This document shows, piece by piece, positions 20,775 to 31,103 of a DNA stretch of 64,000 nucleotides (its first letter is position 1; the number at the start of each line of letters is the position of its first letter). Under the pieces are notes generated by a model, which was not told the DNA's origin, made no database searches, and saw only the letters and a program-made list of their open reading frames with translations. Made by a program: the position numbers and the translations under genes. Source of the DNA: an uncultured Chloroflexia bacterium (GTDB lineage: Bacteria; Chloroflexota; Anaerolineae; Promineifilales; Promineifilaceae); assembly GCA_963747345.1 (NCBI GenBank), contig CAVVFA010000030.1:265910-329909 (forward strand), read 5' to 3'.

Positions 20775-23618
20775 TTAAGCAATTTGGTGCAGAACGGCCG
20801 TTACCACCCCATCCAACGTCTGCATCCCCTCATTCACAACCACATCAATCGTCACTAGTGCCGCAATTTCAAGATAGACGGTTTCTGCCTTCATGCGCCC
20901 TTCCTGATCCATTGCCGGTTGGCTTTTGACAAAAGCGAGTAGTTTTTGGGCATCTGCCAGGTTGCCTTCACGCCCCCAAAGCTGCGCGAGGCTCACCAAG
21001 ACATCCAGCACCAACGGCGTCGCCTGCATCTCGTGGCCGATGGACAGCGCTTCTCGGATATACGCTTTTGCATCCGCCAGAGCCCCCTGGGCGATGGCGA
21101 CATTGGACAGCGTTTCTAACGAGCCAGCAATGCCCCATTGGAAGCCAAACTCACGCCAGACCAATACACTCTGTTCGCACAACTGCCGTGCCTCTTCATA
21201 GTGCCCCGACTGCCAATAAATATTGCCCAAATTGTTGGACAGCGCGGCTTCGCCCCAACGGTCGCCAATTTCTAGACAGAGGAGTAAGCCTTGTTTGTAC
21301 CAGGTCTCTGCTTGCGCATAGTTTCCGGAATCCCCAGCGATGTTGCCCAGATTTTTGTACGTCATGGCAATGCCTTGACGGTCGTCTAGTTTGCGGAAGA
21401 GGATGAGGCTTTGCTGGCACAACGTTTCCGCCGTGGCGTACTCGCCCAAGCGCCAAGAAATATTACCCAGTTCGTTAAGCCGCCGCGCTTTGTTGTGTTC
21501 GTCGCCGATACGGTCACAGATTTCCAGTCCATCTTGGTAGAACTGGCGGGCTTTGTCATACTCGCCTTGGTCGGCGGCGATGTGGCCGAGCGTGGCCAGG
21601 GCGCTCGCCATGCCGCCCACAAAGGGAATGATCTGGCACAGGGCTAAACTTTCTTGGCACCACTGTTCTGATTCTTCATACAGTCCTTGGCGGTAGGCGA
21701 TTCTGCCTAATAAATTGAGGGTGAACACAGTTTCGCGCTGCATGTGCACGCGGCGGAAGAGGGGCAAACTTTCTTCTAACAGGAGGCGTGCTTGCTCATA
21801 ACGGCCGTTTCGGTAAGCAAACTGCCCTTCGCGTGCCAACAATTTCCCCCAGAGTACATCATCCACGGCGTCACTGTTTTGGTCTCGTAATTGGCGCAAG
21901 TGGATAACGGCCGTTCCGAATAAGTCACGTCCTTCTTCCAACCAGCCACGCATGTCATAAAAATGAAAAAGGGTGTCGCAAGCCAGTTGCACCCACGCGA
22001 CTTGTTGTCGATTAAGCGCCCAATGCCAGGCCGCCCGCACATTGTCAATTTCTTGCCCGATTTCTTTTAGGATTTCGGCTTGTTGTGCGGGTTTTTGCTG
22101 GGGGTTTCGTTCGTGCAAAAAACGGGCAAAGTGGTGAGCGTGACTGTCGCAGGCTGAGACCATTTCGTCAGAAAACAGATCGTTTCCCACTAAGATATGT
22201 GGCTCTTTATTGAGCATTTCCACAGCAAACAGGCGTAGGAGTTCGTGCATTTCATACCGCGAAACGGCCGTTTCGCCAATGGCCGTTTCGCCACTCATTA
22301 TCTGTCCTTGCAAAAATGATTTATCAGCCAACTGCCCCAGCATGAAAAATGAAGTGTGGGAAACAGCCAGCGCATCTGCCCACCTAAAACCACCCCGGAA
22401 AACGGCCAAGCGACACACCACATGCTGCTCTTCCGCCGAAAGCAGCGCCCAGGAATAATCAAACACAGCCCGCAAAGAACGATGGCGGGGTGGAATATCC
22501 CGCCAATTGGTAGCCAGAAACTCAAAATTATGGGCAATTTCTTTGGCAATTTCTGCGCAGGTCAGCAGACGCGCCCAGGTTGCCGCGAGTTCAATTGCCA
22601 GCGGAAAGCCATCGACCAATTGGCAAATCTCAACAATTGCCGACTTATCCGCTTCTGCCAAGACAAAATCAGAACGGACATGGCGAACGCTTTGCACAAA
22701 AAGCTGAACGGCGCTGTACTGTTCAAAATCCAGATGGGGTTTTGCTGGTTCCGGCAGCATCCCCGTGACGCGCCGCATCGGGAACGACATGCCGCTGACT
22801 TCAAAGGCCCACTCGCCATGTAGATTGAGTCGTTCTCTGGAAGTGATCAGGAATTGCACCTGTGGGGCTTGACTAATAATGTCGGCTACCAATTGCGCTT
22901 CCATCATCAGGTGTTCAAAGTTATCCATTACCAGGAGCAGTCTTTTATCGCGGAGGTGGTTGATTAGTTGGGTATGCTGCGCGAGTCCATCGATGAAGGA
23001 AAAGTCGATGTTGTTGGCAATGGTGGAGAGGAGGAAATCGGGAGAAATCAGGGTGGCTAAGGGGACGAAGTAAACACCATCAGGAAAGAAAACGGCCGTT
23101 TCCTCCGCAGCTTGTAGCGCCAATCTTGTTTTGCCGATACCACCTGGCCCTATCAGGGTGAGAATACGGCAGTCGGGATCATGCAGTTGCGCCTGGATGG
23201 CAGCTAATTCTTCTTGGCGACCCACAAACGAGGTGGGCTGAATGGGTAAGAAGATGTTGGCGGCAACTGACGGCGTGGTGGTTGGGGAGAGAGGGGTTGA
23301 TGGGGAAACGGCCGTTTGAAATAGTTCGTCTAAAAACTGATTCGGTTGAGGATGCTGCGCACTCACCAAGAAGCGGGCTGCCCATTCATGCGAAAAGCCA
23401 CCCCGTTGCACGATCAAGCGTGTCAAATTCTCGACATCAGACGTTTTTGACGGTAAATGTCCTTTGCGCCAATACTCAATAGAAGAGCCGCCCTTCTTGC
23501 CTAATGCGTATCCTAAATTGTCTTGTACTGCTTGTAAACTTTTAGACTCTCGATGCCGAATCTGATAAACAGCTTCCGTTAACAGTCGGGCAAATGACTC
23601 GGCGGAGACGTTTGCCAT
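20775..23618 (-). CDS. STAND ATPase: XRE-like HTH plus NB-ARC P-loop NTPase plus C-terminal TPR array
   Basis: Start MANVSAES preceded by GGAGGG; Walker A GPGGIGKTRLAL; more than 10 TPR-like repeats at the C-terminus. Confidence 0.7.
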   Translation of the reverse strand: MANVSAESFARLLTEAVYQIRHRESKSLQAVQDNLGYALGKKGGSSIEYWRKGHLPSKTSDVENLTRLIVQRGGFSHEWAARFLVSAQHPQPNQFLDELFQTAVSPSTPLSPTTTPSVAANIFLPIQPTSFVGRQEELAAIQAQLHDPDCRILTLIGPGGIGKTRLALQAAEETAVFFPDGVYFVPLATLISPDFLLSTIANNIDFSFIDGLAQHTQLINHLRDKRLLLVMDNFEHLMMEAQLVADIISQAPQVQFLITSRERLNLHGEWAFEVSGMSFPMRRVTGMLPEPAKPHLDFEQYSAVQLFVQSVRHVRSDFVLAEADKSAIVEICQLVDGFPLAIELAATWARLLTCAEIAKEIAHNFEFLATNWRDIPPRHRSLRAVFDYSWALLSAEEQHVVCRLAVFRGGFRWADALAVSHTSFFMLGQLADKSFLQGQIMSGETAIGETAVSRYEMHELLRLFAVEMLNKEPHILVGNDLFSDEMVSACDSHAHHFARFLHERNPQQKPAQQAEILKEIGQEIDNVRAAWHWALNRQQVAWVQLACDTLFHFYDMRGWLEEGRDLFGTAVIHLRQLRDQNSDAVDDVLWGKLLAREGQFAYRNGRYEQARLLLEESLPLFRRVHMQRETVFTLNLLGRIAYRQGLYEESEQWCQESLALCQIIPFVGGMASALATLGHIAADQGEYDKARQFYQDGLEICDRIGDEHNKARRLNELGNISWRLGEYATAETLCQQSLILFRKLDDRQGIAMTYKNLGNIAGDSGNYAQAETWYKQGLLLCLEIGDRWGEAALSNNLGNIYWQSGHYEEARQLCEQSVLVWREFGFQWGIAGSLETLSNVAIAQGALADAKAYIREALSIGHEMQATPLVLDVLVSLAQLWGREGNLADAQKLLAFVKSQPAMDQEGRMKAETVYLEIAALVTIDVVVNEGMQTLDGVVTAVLHQIA

Positions 23619-23846
23619 TGTTTTAACCCTCCATTCCGAAAATTCGGAGTAAGTTCGGAATATTTTTCTACATACTCGGAGTAGGAACGTAATAGTATAG
23701 GATGATCTCCCCTGTGGCAATATAAAATTGCTTACGTTGGGCATATGCCCACACCTGCTAAGTTGATGAGGGAGCCACAGTTTAGTTTTCACCGTTTTGC
23801 ATGGCGTGAACCCCATTTTATTCTAGTAGGAGGAATAAAAAGACGT

Positions 23847-26800
23847 ATGTTGAAATCAAAAGGTATTCGTATTGTAGTTGTTCTGACCATTTTAGGGGCA
23901 GGCGCATGGCTGTTGTTTCAATCCAGCAGCTTGGCTCCGGAAACGGCCGTTCGTCAAGATGCTGTCCAGTTAGCCTTGGCCCCTGGTCGTCAAGATCGTG
24001 GTACCGGTATATCCGCCCCAGACGCAGATTCCCCATCCATCGTCCCCGGTGAGCCGGTTTCGCCAGTCGTTGTAGATATCAATTCAATCCCCAGCCGATC
24101 CGCAAATGTGGATCAACTCAGGCTGGCATATGAATCCGGGCAGATGGATTTGAGCGCCAACGAAGGCCCCGTGAGTGACGCTGCCTATCAGGCCCTGATT
24201 GATGCCTCCAAGAAGCAGGGTGTTGATACATCTGTGCAAAATTATGATGTGCAATCAAGAATGTTAAACCAAACCGATATCCAGCCCTTTGGCGTACTCG
24301 GCGCTGGAGTCAGTTTCAAAGCCATCGACTACACTCAATCATTGCAAGGCGTCCCGCCTGACCCCGATATCATGGTCGGTAAAGACCACGTGGTAGTGGG
24401 AGTCAACACCAGCTTCCAGGTGTTTAACAAAACGGGAACCAGCCTGATTGGGCCAACTTTATACGAAGATTTCTGGGGCAACAATTGTGCCACCGGAGCC
24501 AGCACCGTGGTGATGTTTGACCCCTATTCGGCTTATGATGAGGAAAACGGCCGTTACGTGCTAGGTATCACTGCCTACGACACCGCCGTCAATGGCGGCG
24601 ACAACGGTTGGGCCTGTATTGCCGTCTCCCAAACAGACAGCGCCACCGGGCAATGGTATCTCTACTCCTTTGATGGCAATCCAGGAACTGGCACAGATTA
24701 CTTCTTCGACTATCCCCATATCGGCATAGGCCAAAACGCCCTTTATCTTGGCTCCAACATGTTTGGCGCTTCCTTTGTGCGCAACCACATCCTCGCCTTT
24801 GAAAAAGATAAGATGTACGCTGGACAATCTGCAAACTCCGTCAAAATCAACGTGGGCAGCACTAACTTCACCTTACAGCCCGCCAAAATAAAAGGGTATC
24901 TAACGGGTGGCTGGCCCACCAACGCCAACGAACCTCATTACTTCGTTGATGCCCAATACGGCAACAATCAAAACACATTGACGGTCTGGAAATTCTCTGA
25001 TCCATGGGGAACGCCTTCCTTTACCCAGGCTGGCACAGTCACTGTCAACAGCTACAGCCTCACCGTCGATCAACCGCAGCTTGGCGGCAGCAACCTCCAG
25101 GGGAACGACAATCGCTTGCTCGACGTAGAATACTGGGGTGGCAAATTATGGGCGACCCATGCCGTTGGTTGTAACCCAGGGAGCGGCACCGTCAATTGTG
25201 TTCGCTGGTATGAAATCAACATCAGCAGCGGCACGCCCAGTCTCGTACAACAAGGCACCTTCTCCAGCAGTGGTGAATACCGCAGCTTCCCCGACCTGGG
25301 CGTCAATGCCTGTGGCGACATGATGGTTGGTTACACCAAGACAAGCAGCAGCATGTACCCTGGCGTCTATGTTGCCGGCCGTGAAGCCGCTGATCCAGTT
25401 GGGCAATTGAAATCTGAAACATTGGTTCACGCGGGTGAAGATTATTACACCGCCTACGACAGTGCCCCTCGTCGCTGGGGTGACTACACCGGTATGGCGT
25501 TGGATCCAGATGGGCGTACCTTCTGGTATCTCGGTGAATATTCCCGTAACCAGGCCACCGCCCGCTGGTCTACTTGGGTTTCTGCCCACACCTGGTCTGA
25601 CTGTAATCTTGGGCCAACACCAACCCCTGGCCCCACAGCCACAGCCACAAATACACCCTTGCCCACAAATACGCCTGGCCCCATCTCCTGTTTCACCTAT
25701 AACAGTGCAGATGTGCCAAAGAGCATTTCAACCAGTGGTACGCCTATTATTAGCTCTGTTCTCAATGTGGGCAGCGGCGGCACCATCGCTGATGTTAATG
25801 TCCTGAATTTGAATGGGACACATACCTACATTGGCGACTTAGACTTCAATCTGACCAGTCCGTCTGGAACACAAATACAAATCATGGCAAGTTCTTGCAC
25901 CAGCACTGACAACTTTAATTTGAATTTGGATGATGAAGCTGCCGCTGGCAGTTGGCCGTGTCCACCGGTTGGTGGCGGTACATACCGACCCAGCAATGCG
26001 TTGTCCGCTTTTGACGGGCAAAACAGCACTGGCACTTGGACTCTGCGCATTGATGATAATGCCAATTTGGATGGCGGCAGCCTAAACGGTTGGAGCCTTG
26101 AAATCTGTGCTGAGGGTACTGGCCCGGTTGCTACAAATACGCCCGTACCACCGACTGCCACAAATACGCCAGTGCCGCCAACCGCAACGAATACACCTTT
26201 GCCCACAGCCACCAACACCCCTGGCCCGACAGCAACTAATACGGTTATGCCCACCGCGACCAATACGCCAGTTTCTGGCGGCAGTGACGTGATCTACATG
26301 AGCTCATCTACAAACGGCAATGTTGGCTTCGCCTTCAATGATGAAGACATTGTGGCCTACGATACTGGTACTGGCACCTGGTCGCTGTACTTCGACGGCT
26401 CCGATGTTGGCGTCACAGGCGATATCAATGCCTTTTCGCTGTTGTCAGATGGGTCTATTCTCATGAGCTTTGATGCCACGACAACCGCAGGCGCGGCCGG
26501 ATCAGTGGATGATTCCGACATTGTGCAGTTCTTCCCCACTTCGACCGGCAGCAACACGGCCGGTACATTCAGCTTCTTCTTTGATGGTTCGGACGTGGGC
26601 CTGACGACAAATGATGAGGATATTGATGCCATAGCTATATCAACTGATAGTAAATTGGTAATTAGCACGATCGGAAATGTCAGCGTTTCCGGCGCATCAG
26701 GGGGAGATGAAGACCTGCTTATCTTCACGGCCTCAGCCTTTGGCTCTACAACCAGCGGCAGTTGGGCATTACACTTTGATGGCTCTGATGTAGCATTGAA

Positions 26801-27035
26801 TACGTCGAGCACTGAAGATGTTAATGGTGCCTGGATTGACAGTACCTCTGGTGCGGTTTATCTGACAACACTTGGCGCTTTCTCTGTTACCGGTGTGAGC
26901 GGTGACGGCGCGGACATATTTGCTTGTGCTGGCTCTTTTGGTTCAACCACAACTTGTGCTTTCAGCATGTATTGGGATGGCTCGGCCAATGGGTTTGCCG
27001 GTGAGGTCATGGACGCCTTTGATATCGTTCGTTAA
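23847..27035 (+). CDS. large secreted protein: unknown N-domain, proprotein-convertase P-domain, Thr/Pro-rich TNTP linkers, four C-terminal FDGSDVG repeats
   Basis: N-terminal TM/signal; P-domain (THTYIGDLDFNLTSPSGT...GTWTLRIDD...LNGWSLEIC); ATNTPxP linkers. Confidence 0.6.
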   Translation: MLKSKGIRIVVVLTILGAGAWLLFQSSSLAPETAVRQDAVQLALAPGRQDRGTGISAPDADSPSIVPGEPVSPVVVDINSIPSRSANVDQLRLAYESGQMDLSANEGPVSDAAYQALIDASKKQGVDTSVQNYDVQSRMLNQTDIQPFGVLGAGVSFKAIDYTQSLQGVPPDPDIMVGKDHVVVGVNTSFQVFNKTGTSLIGPTLYEDFWGNNCATGASTVVMFDPYSAYDEENGRYVLGITAYDTAVNGGDNGWACIAVSQTDSATGQWYLYSFDGNPGTGTDYFFDYPHIGIGQNALYLGSNMFGASFVRNHILAFEKDKMYAGQSANSVKINVGSTNFTLQPAKIKGYLTGGWPTNANEPHYFVDAQYGNNQNTLTVWKFSDPWGTPSFTQAGTVTVNSYSLTVDQPQLGGSNLQGNDNRLLDVEYWGGKLWATHAVGCNPGSGTVNCVRWYEINISSGTPSLVQQGTFSSSGEYRSFPDLGVNACGDMMVGYTKTSSSMYPGVYVAGREAADPVGQLKSETLVHAGEDYYTAYDSAPRRWGDYTGMALDPDGRTFWYLGEYSRNQATARWSTWVSAHTWSDCNLGPTPTPGPTATATNTPLPTNTPGPISCFTYNSADVPKSISTSGTPIISSVLNVGSGGTIADVNVLNLNGTHTYIGDLDFNLTSPSGTQIQIMASSCTSTDNFNLNLDDEAAAGSWPCPPVGGGTYRPSNALSAFDGQNSTGTWTLRIDDNANLDGGSLNGWSLEICAEGTGPVATNTPVPPTATNTPVPPTATNTPLPTATNTPGPTATNTVMPTATNTPVSGGSDVIYMSSSTNGNVGFAFNDEDIVAYDTGTGTWSLYFDGSDVGVTGDINAFSLLSDGSILMSFDATTTAGAAGSVDDSDIVQFFPTSTGSNTAGTFSFFFDGSDVGLTTNDEDIDAIAISTDSKLVISTIGNVSVSGASGGDEDLLIFTASAFGSTTSGSWALHFDGSDVALNTSSTEDVNGAWIDSTSGAVYLTTLGAFSVTGVSGDGADIFACAGSFGSTTTCAFSMYWDGSANGFAGEVMDAFDIVR

Positions 27036-27055
27036 TTTGTGACAGTGTACTAGAA

Positions 27056-27093
27056 TAAAAAAAGAGGGTCTCATGACGAGACCCTCTTTTTTG
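27056..27093. terminator. bidirectional Rho-independent terminator
   Basis: A7, stem agagggtctc/gagaccctct, then T6. Confidence 0.6.
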
Positions 27094-27111
27094 TCTGGCT
27101 TCGCAAGTTAT

Positions 27112-27757
27112 TTATTCAACGGGTTCGCCATTTTCCCCGCACAGGACAAAATTACCGTTTTGGTCTGTGTGGTATGTGTATTGTTCACCGCCGGTTTCAA
27201 TTGTGATTTGATAGCCTGGGGTGATAACTTGGGCATAGGCATAACCTGGAGCCGGACAGCCTAATGAACTGTCTCCCCATTCTTTCGCTTCTGTGCTGAC
27301 AACGGTAATCTCGCTTATGTCGCTGCCTAACCGTGTTGCTAAATCTTGGCTAATCAGATGAGCTGCGGCTACGGATTGGTCTGGCACGCCTGGTTTGGGG
27401 GCTTCTTGTGGTTGTCCCGCTCCGGGTTCTGAGGTGATAGCTGATAAGTCAACCTCGGCTGGATAAGCTGAACCGGTAATGATTCCTGAGGTTGTTTCCG
27501 CATTTTGATCAGGGTATGGATCGTAGGTGGCTGCGGGTAGTGCTGCACCTGGGTATGAGTCTTGTGGCTCTGGAGTTGGCGCATTGGCTGGGTAGGATTC
27601 GTCGGTGGCGGCTGGGGTTTTGGCGGCAACGGCCGTTTCCAGGGCAGATTTTGTCTCAGTAGCTTCCGGGGCGACGGTGGGTTCGCCCCCTCCGCTTGAA
27701 CAAGCGGCAAACACTAAAACGGTTATACTCATTACAAAAATGGTCAAATACTTCATA
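27112..27757 (-). CDS. lipoprotein of unknown function
   Basis: Signal MKYLTIFVMSITVLVFAAC (lipobox); Pro/Ala/Glu-rich linker; C-terminal globular part. Confidence 0.45.
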
Positions 27758-27906
27758 GGTTTCCTCCGTTCTGAAAATAAAACTCGATGTCGATTCAAGG
27801 TTCAACGACACCGCCTAGGATTCTAACATGGATAACGATCCAGCGAGCCTGTTTGTTCCAAACTATTCATTTTGACAAAGTGAGCAGAAATTTTTATAAC
27901 CATGCC

Positions 27907-28818
27907 ATGACTGATCGCAAACTATCGTTCCGATTATCACAGCAAATGCGCTGGCGGTTACTCCTACTGCCCTACGCTTTGGGTATCATCGTTCTTGTTG
28001 TCATTCCCGCGCTGTTTTCTTTTGGCCTCGCTTTTTTCCATTACGATGCCCTGTCGCCGCCTGTTTGGGCTGGCACGCTCAATTTCACCCTGGCCTATAC
28101 AGACGAGTTGTTTAGCCTGAGTATTCGCAATTCGTTGGCGCTGATTCTCATTCCGGTACCGTTGCGGTTGTTTGGTGCTTTTTTTCTGGCGCGATTGATG
28201 CAGAGAAACGGCCGTTTCCTCTCCTGGTTCCGATCTGCTGTGTATTTGCCCACGATTGTGCCGGGAGCTGCCTTTGCCCTGGCCTGGCTGTGGATTCTCA
28301 ACCCGTTGTATGGGCCGCTTAATTTATTTCTGGAAAGCATCGGTCTCAACGGCCCCGCCTGGCTTGTCGATCCCACTTGGGCGAAGCCAGGCTTGGTGCT
28401 GATGGCGCTGTGGCAAATTGGCGAAGGCTTCATCGTCAGTCTGGCGGCGCTGTATGACATTCCGGTTGATTTGGAAGATGCGGCGTGTATTGATGGCGCG
28501 GGTTCCTGGGCGACACTGCGCCACATCATCCTGCCCATCATCGCCCCCATTTTGCTCCTGCTCACCTTCCGCGACGCCATCTTCACTTTCCAGGAATCGT
28601 TCACCCACATTTATTTGATGACCGAAGGCGGCCCCTACTACGCCACCTTCACCTTGCCCTTCTTTATTTATGAGCAAGGTTTCGACCTACGCGCCTTTGG
28701 CACAGCCAGCGCCGCTCTGTGGGTGATGTATGCCATCACCGGCCTGATTGTGGTGGCGCTTTACATCATCGCCAAGCAGTGGAACATCGGCACGACGGAG
28801 GATTCGCTTGTCCTCTAG
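27907..28818 (+). CDS. ABC sugar transporter permease (MalF/UgpA-like)
   Basis: 6 TM helices; EAA loop EDAACIDGAGSWATLRHIILP. Confidence 0.75.
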   Translation: MTDRKLSFRLSQQMRWRLLLLPYALGIIVLVVIPALFSFGLAFFHYDALSPPVWAGTLNFTLAYTDELFSLSIRNSLALILIPVPLRLFGAFFLARLMQRNGRFLSWFRSAVYLPTIVPGAAFALAWLWILNPLYGPLNLFLESIGLNGPAWLVDPTWAKPGLVLMALWQIGEGFIVSLAALYDIPVDLEDAACIDGAGSWATLRHIILPIIAPILLLLTFRDAIFTFQESFTHIYLMTEGGPYYATFTLPFFIYEQGFDLRAFGTASAALWVMYAITGLIVVALYIIAKQWNIGTTEDSLVL

Positions 28819-29668
28819 TAATCAACGGTGGCTCGGTCTGGAGACCGGCCGCAGCAAAGGATTTAGGCAATTGGGCATCACCTTACTGCGTGTATTCGCG
28901 GCAATTCTTTTACTACTGCCGCTGTTGTTTATGGTGACGACATCACTCTATCCCCCAGGCGAGCCGCTGCCAACGACGCTGCGCCTTTTGCCTGCCCGTC
29001 CCACATTTGCCAATTATCAGCGCATCTTTGAACTGCTGCCGCTGTGGCGCTATACCTTCAATTCGCTGGTCGTGGTGCTGTTGGCCGTGCCGATTACGTT
29101 GGTGGTCAGTTCGTGGGCGGGACTGGGCATGGCGCGGCTGTCTCGGCCAGCACAGCGGCGTTGGATTGTGATTTCGCTGGCGGTGCTCATGGTTCCCGGC
29201 ATCGCGTTGTGGTCTACCCGCTTTTTGCTCTACCGCACGCTGGGCTGGTACGACACGGTGTGGGCGTTAGTCGCCCCCGCCTGGATGGGAACCAGTCCCT
29301 TTTACATCCTCATGTTTTACCGTGCCTGCCGCCGCATTCCGTCAGCCCTGTTTGACGCGGCGCTGATTGATGGTGCAGGTGTGCTGCGCATCTGGTGGTC
29401 GATTATTTTACCGATGGCTCGCACAACGGCCGTTGGTGTAGCCCTCCTCACGTTTGTTTTTTACTGGGGCGACTTCATCAGTCCCCTACTCTATCTGCGC
29501 ACGGGGGACAAATACACTTTGCCCGTTGCCCTGCAAACCTTGCAGCAGCTCAGCCGCTCCGACTGGTCGCTCATGCTCGCCGCCGCCGTCTGGACGATGG
29601 CGATCCCCATTTTGCTGTTTTTGCTGCTCCAACCTGTTTTTAATAGAGGTCAAAGAGAAAGTTCATGA
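28748..29668 (+). CDS. ABC sugar transporter permease (MalG/UgpE-like); start uncertain (possibly TTG near 28871)
   Basis: EAA loop DAALIDGAGVLRIWWSIILP; 6 TM helices. Confidence 0.7.
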   Translation: MWWRFTSSPSSGTSARRRIRLSSSNQRWLGLETGRSKGFRQLGITLLRVFAAILLLLPLLFMVTTSLYPPGEPLPTTLRLLPARPTFANYQRIFELLPLWRYTFNSLVVVLLAVPITLVVSSWAGLGMARLSRPAQRRWIVISLAVLMVPGIALWSTRFLLYRTLGWYDTVWALVAPAWMGTSPFYILMFYRACRRIPSALFDAALIDGAGVLRIWWSIILPMARTTAVGVALLTFVFYWGDFISPLLYLRTGDKYTLPVALQTLQQLSRSDWSLMLAAAVWTMAIPILLFLLLQPVFNRGQRESS

Positions 29669-29712
29669 TTAACGATTTACGATTCAGAGGATTAATGATC
29701 AACGTATTAAAG
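29665..29712. repeat. GATT-heptamer direct repeats overlapping the 5-prime end of the solute-binding-protein ORF
   Basis: atgattaacgatttacgattcagaggattaatgatcaacg. Confidence 0.4.
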
Positions 29713-31017
29713 ATTAGTGCGTATCGCTGGCCTAAAATCTTTAATCTTCAATTTTTAATCTTAATTTTTTTATTTCTCACAGCTTGTACGAGCCAACCTA
29801 CGCAAGAAACCATCTCCTTCATGGTGTTTGGTGATCCGGCAGAATACAACGCCTACAAGGAACTGGTGGATGCGTTTAACGGCAGCCAGGCAGAGGTGGT
29901 GGTGGAGTTAACCCACGTGCCATCGCCCAAAGAGTACCGCACGCGGCTGGTGACGGAGTTTGCCGCCGGCACACCATCCGACGTAACGCTGATGAACTAT
30001 CGCCGCTACGCCAGTTTTGCCGCCAATGATATGCTCGCGCCGCTTGGCCCGTTTTTGGCAGAAAGTGATCTCATCAGCCTGGAAGATTTTTACCCCGTGG
30101 CGACGGATGCCTTCATGTGGCAAGGGGAACTGATGTGCATCCCGCAAAACATTTCCAGTCTGGTGGTGTATTACAACGAAGATTTATTTGATGCCGCCGG
30201 ACTCCCCTATCCGGCTGACAAGTGGACGTGGGCTGAGTTTGTGCAAACGGCCGTTTCCCTCACTCGAGACACCGACGCAGACGGCACCATCGACCAGTAC
30301 GGGCTCGGCATTGAACCCTCTCTGTTCCGGCTGGCTCCGTTTGTGTGGCAAAACGATGCGCCCATCGTCGATGATGACGTGCAGCCCACCCGCCTCACAT
30401 TGACGCGCCCCCCGTCACTGGCGGCATTTCAATGGTTCACCGACCTGCATAACGTGCATGGCGTCGTGCCGGGGCGCGTAGAAGAAGCCGCGCAGGACAG
30501 CGAAAGCCGCTTCCTGGCCGGAACCACCGCCATGTACCTCAACAGTCGGCGCGGCGTGCCAACCTACCGCGAAATCGACTCGTTCACCTGGGATGTGGCC
30601 TCACTGCCGAACAACAAAACATCTGCGGGCATTCTCCACTCCGACGCCTACTGCCTCTCGCAAACAACCGTCAACAAAGAAGCGGCGTGGCAGTTTATCG
30701 AATTTGCGAATTCAGTTGAAGGGCAAACCATCATTGCCGGTTCAGGGCGAACCGTGCCGTCGCTCATCGCTGTGGCTCAGTCTGACGCCTTCTTAAACCC
30801 CAGCCAGCCGCCCAGCCGCGCCCACGTGTATCTGGACAATGCCAGCGTGATGCGGCGCGTGCCTGTCATCAGCACCTGGGAAGAAATCGAAAGTGTGGCC
30901 GACGAGGAAATCGAACGCGCCTTCTACGGCGACATCACTGTCGAAGAAGCCGCAAATCTGGCTTTCTGGCGTACGGAGGAATACTTTTTTATGGGGGAAA
31001 CGGCCGTTACTCGTTAA
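29665..31017 (+). CDS. ABC transporter extracellular solute-binding lipoprotein (family 1); start may be the second ATG at 29695
   Basis: ATGA overlap with the upstream permease; lipobox FLTAC; the 5-prime end overlaps a GATT-heptamer repeat. Confidence 0.7.
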   Translation: MINDLRFRGLMINVLKISAYRWPKIFNLQFLILIFLFLTACTSQPTQETISFMVFGDPAEYNAYKELVDAFNGSQAEVVVELTHVPSPKEYRTRLVTEFAAGTPSDVTLMNYRRYASFAANDMLAPLGPFLAESDLISLEDFYPVATDAFMWQGELMCIPQNISSLVVYYNEDLFDAAGLPYPADKWTWAEFVQTAVSLTRDTDADGTIDQYGLGIEPSLFRLAPFVWQNDAPIVDDDVQPTRLTLTRPPSLAAFQWFTDLHNVHGVVPGRVEEAAQDSESRFLAGTTAMYLNSRRGVPTYREIDSFTWDVASLPNNKTSAGILHSDAYCLSQTTVNKEAAWQFIEFANSVEGQTIIAGSGRTVPSLIAVAQSDAFLNPSQPPSRAHVYLDNASVMRRVPVISTWEEIESVADEEIERAFYGDITVEEAANLAFWRTEEYFFMGETAVTR

Positions 31018-31103
31018 TCAATTGAAACCCTGCCACAAGGTAATGCCCGACTAGAACCTTAAATTCTAATCGGGCAGTTTAGAAATTTGGGGCTAAACGG
31101 CCG

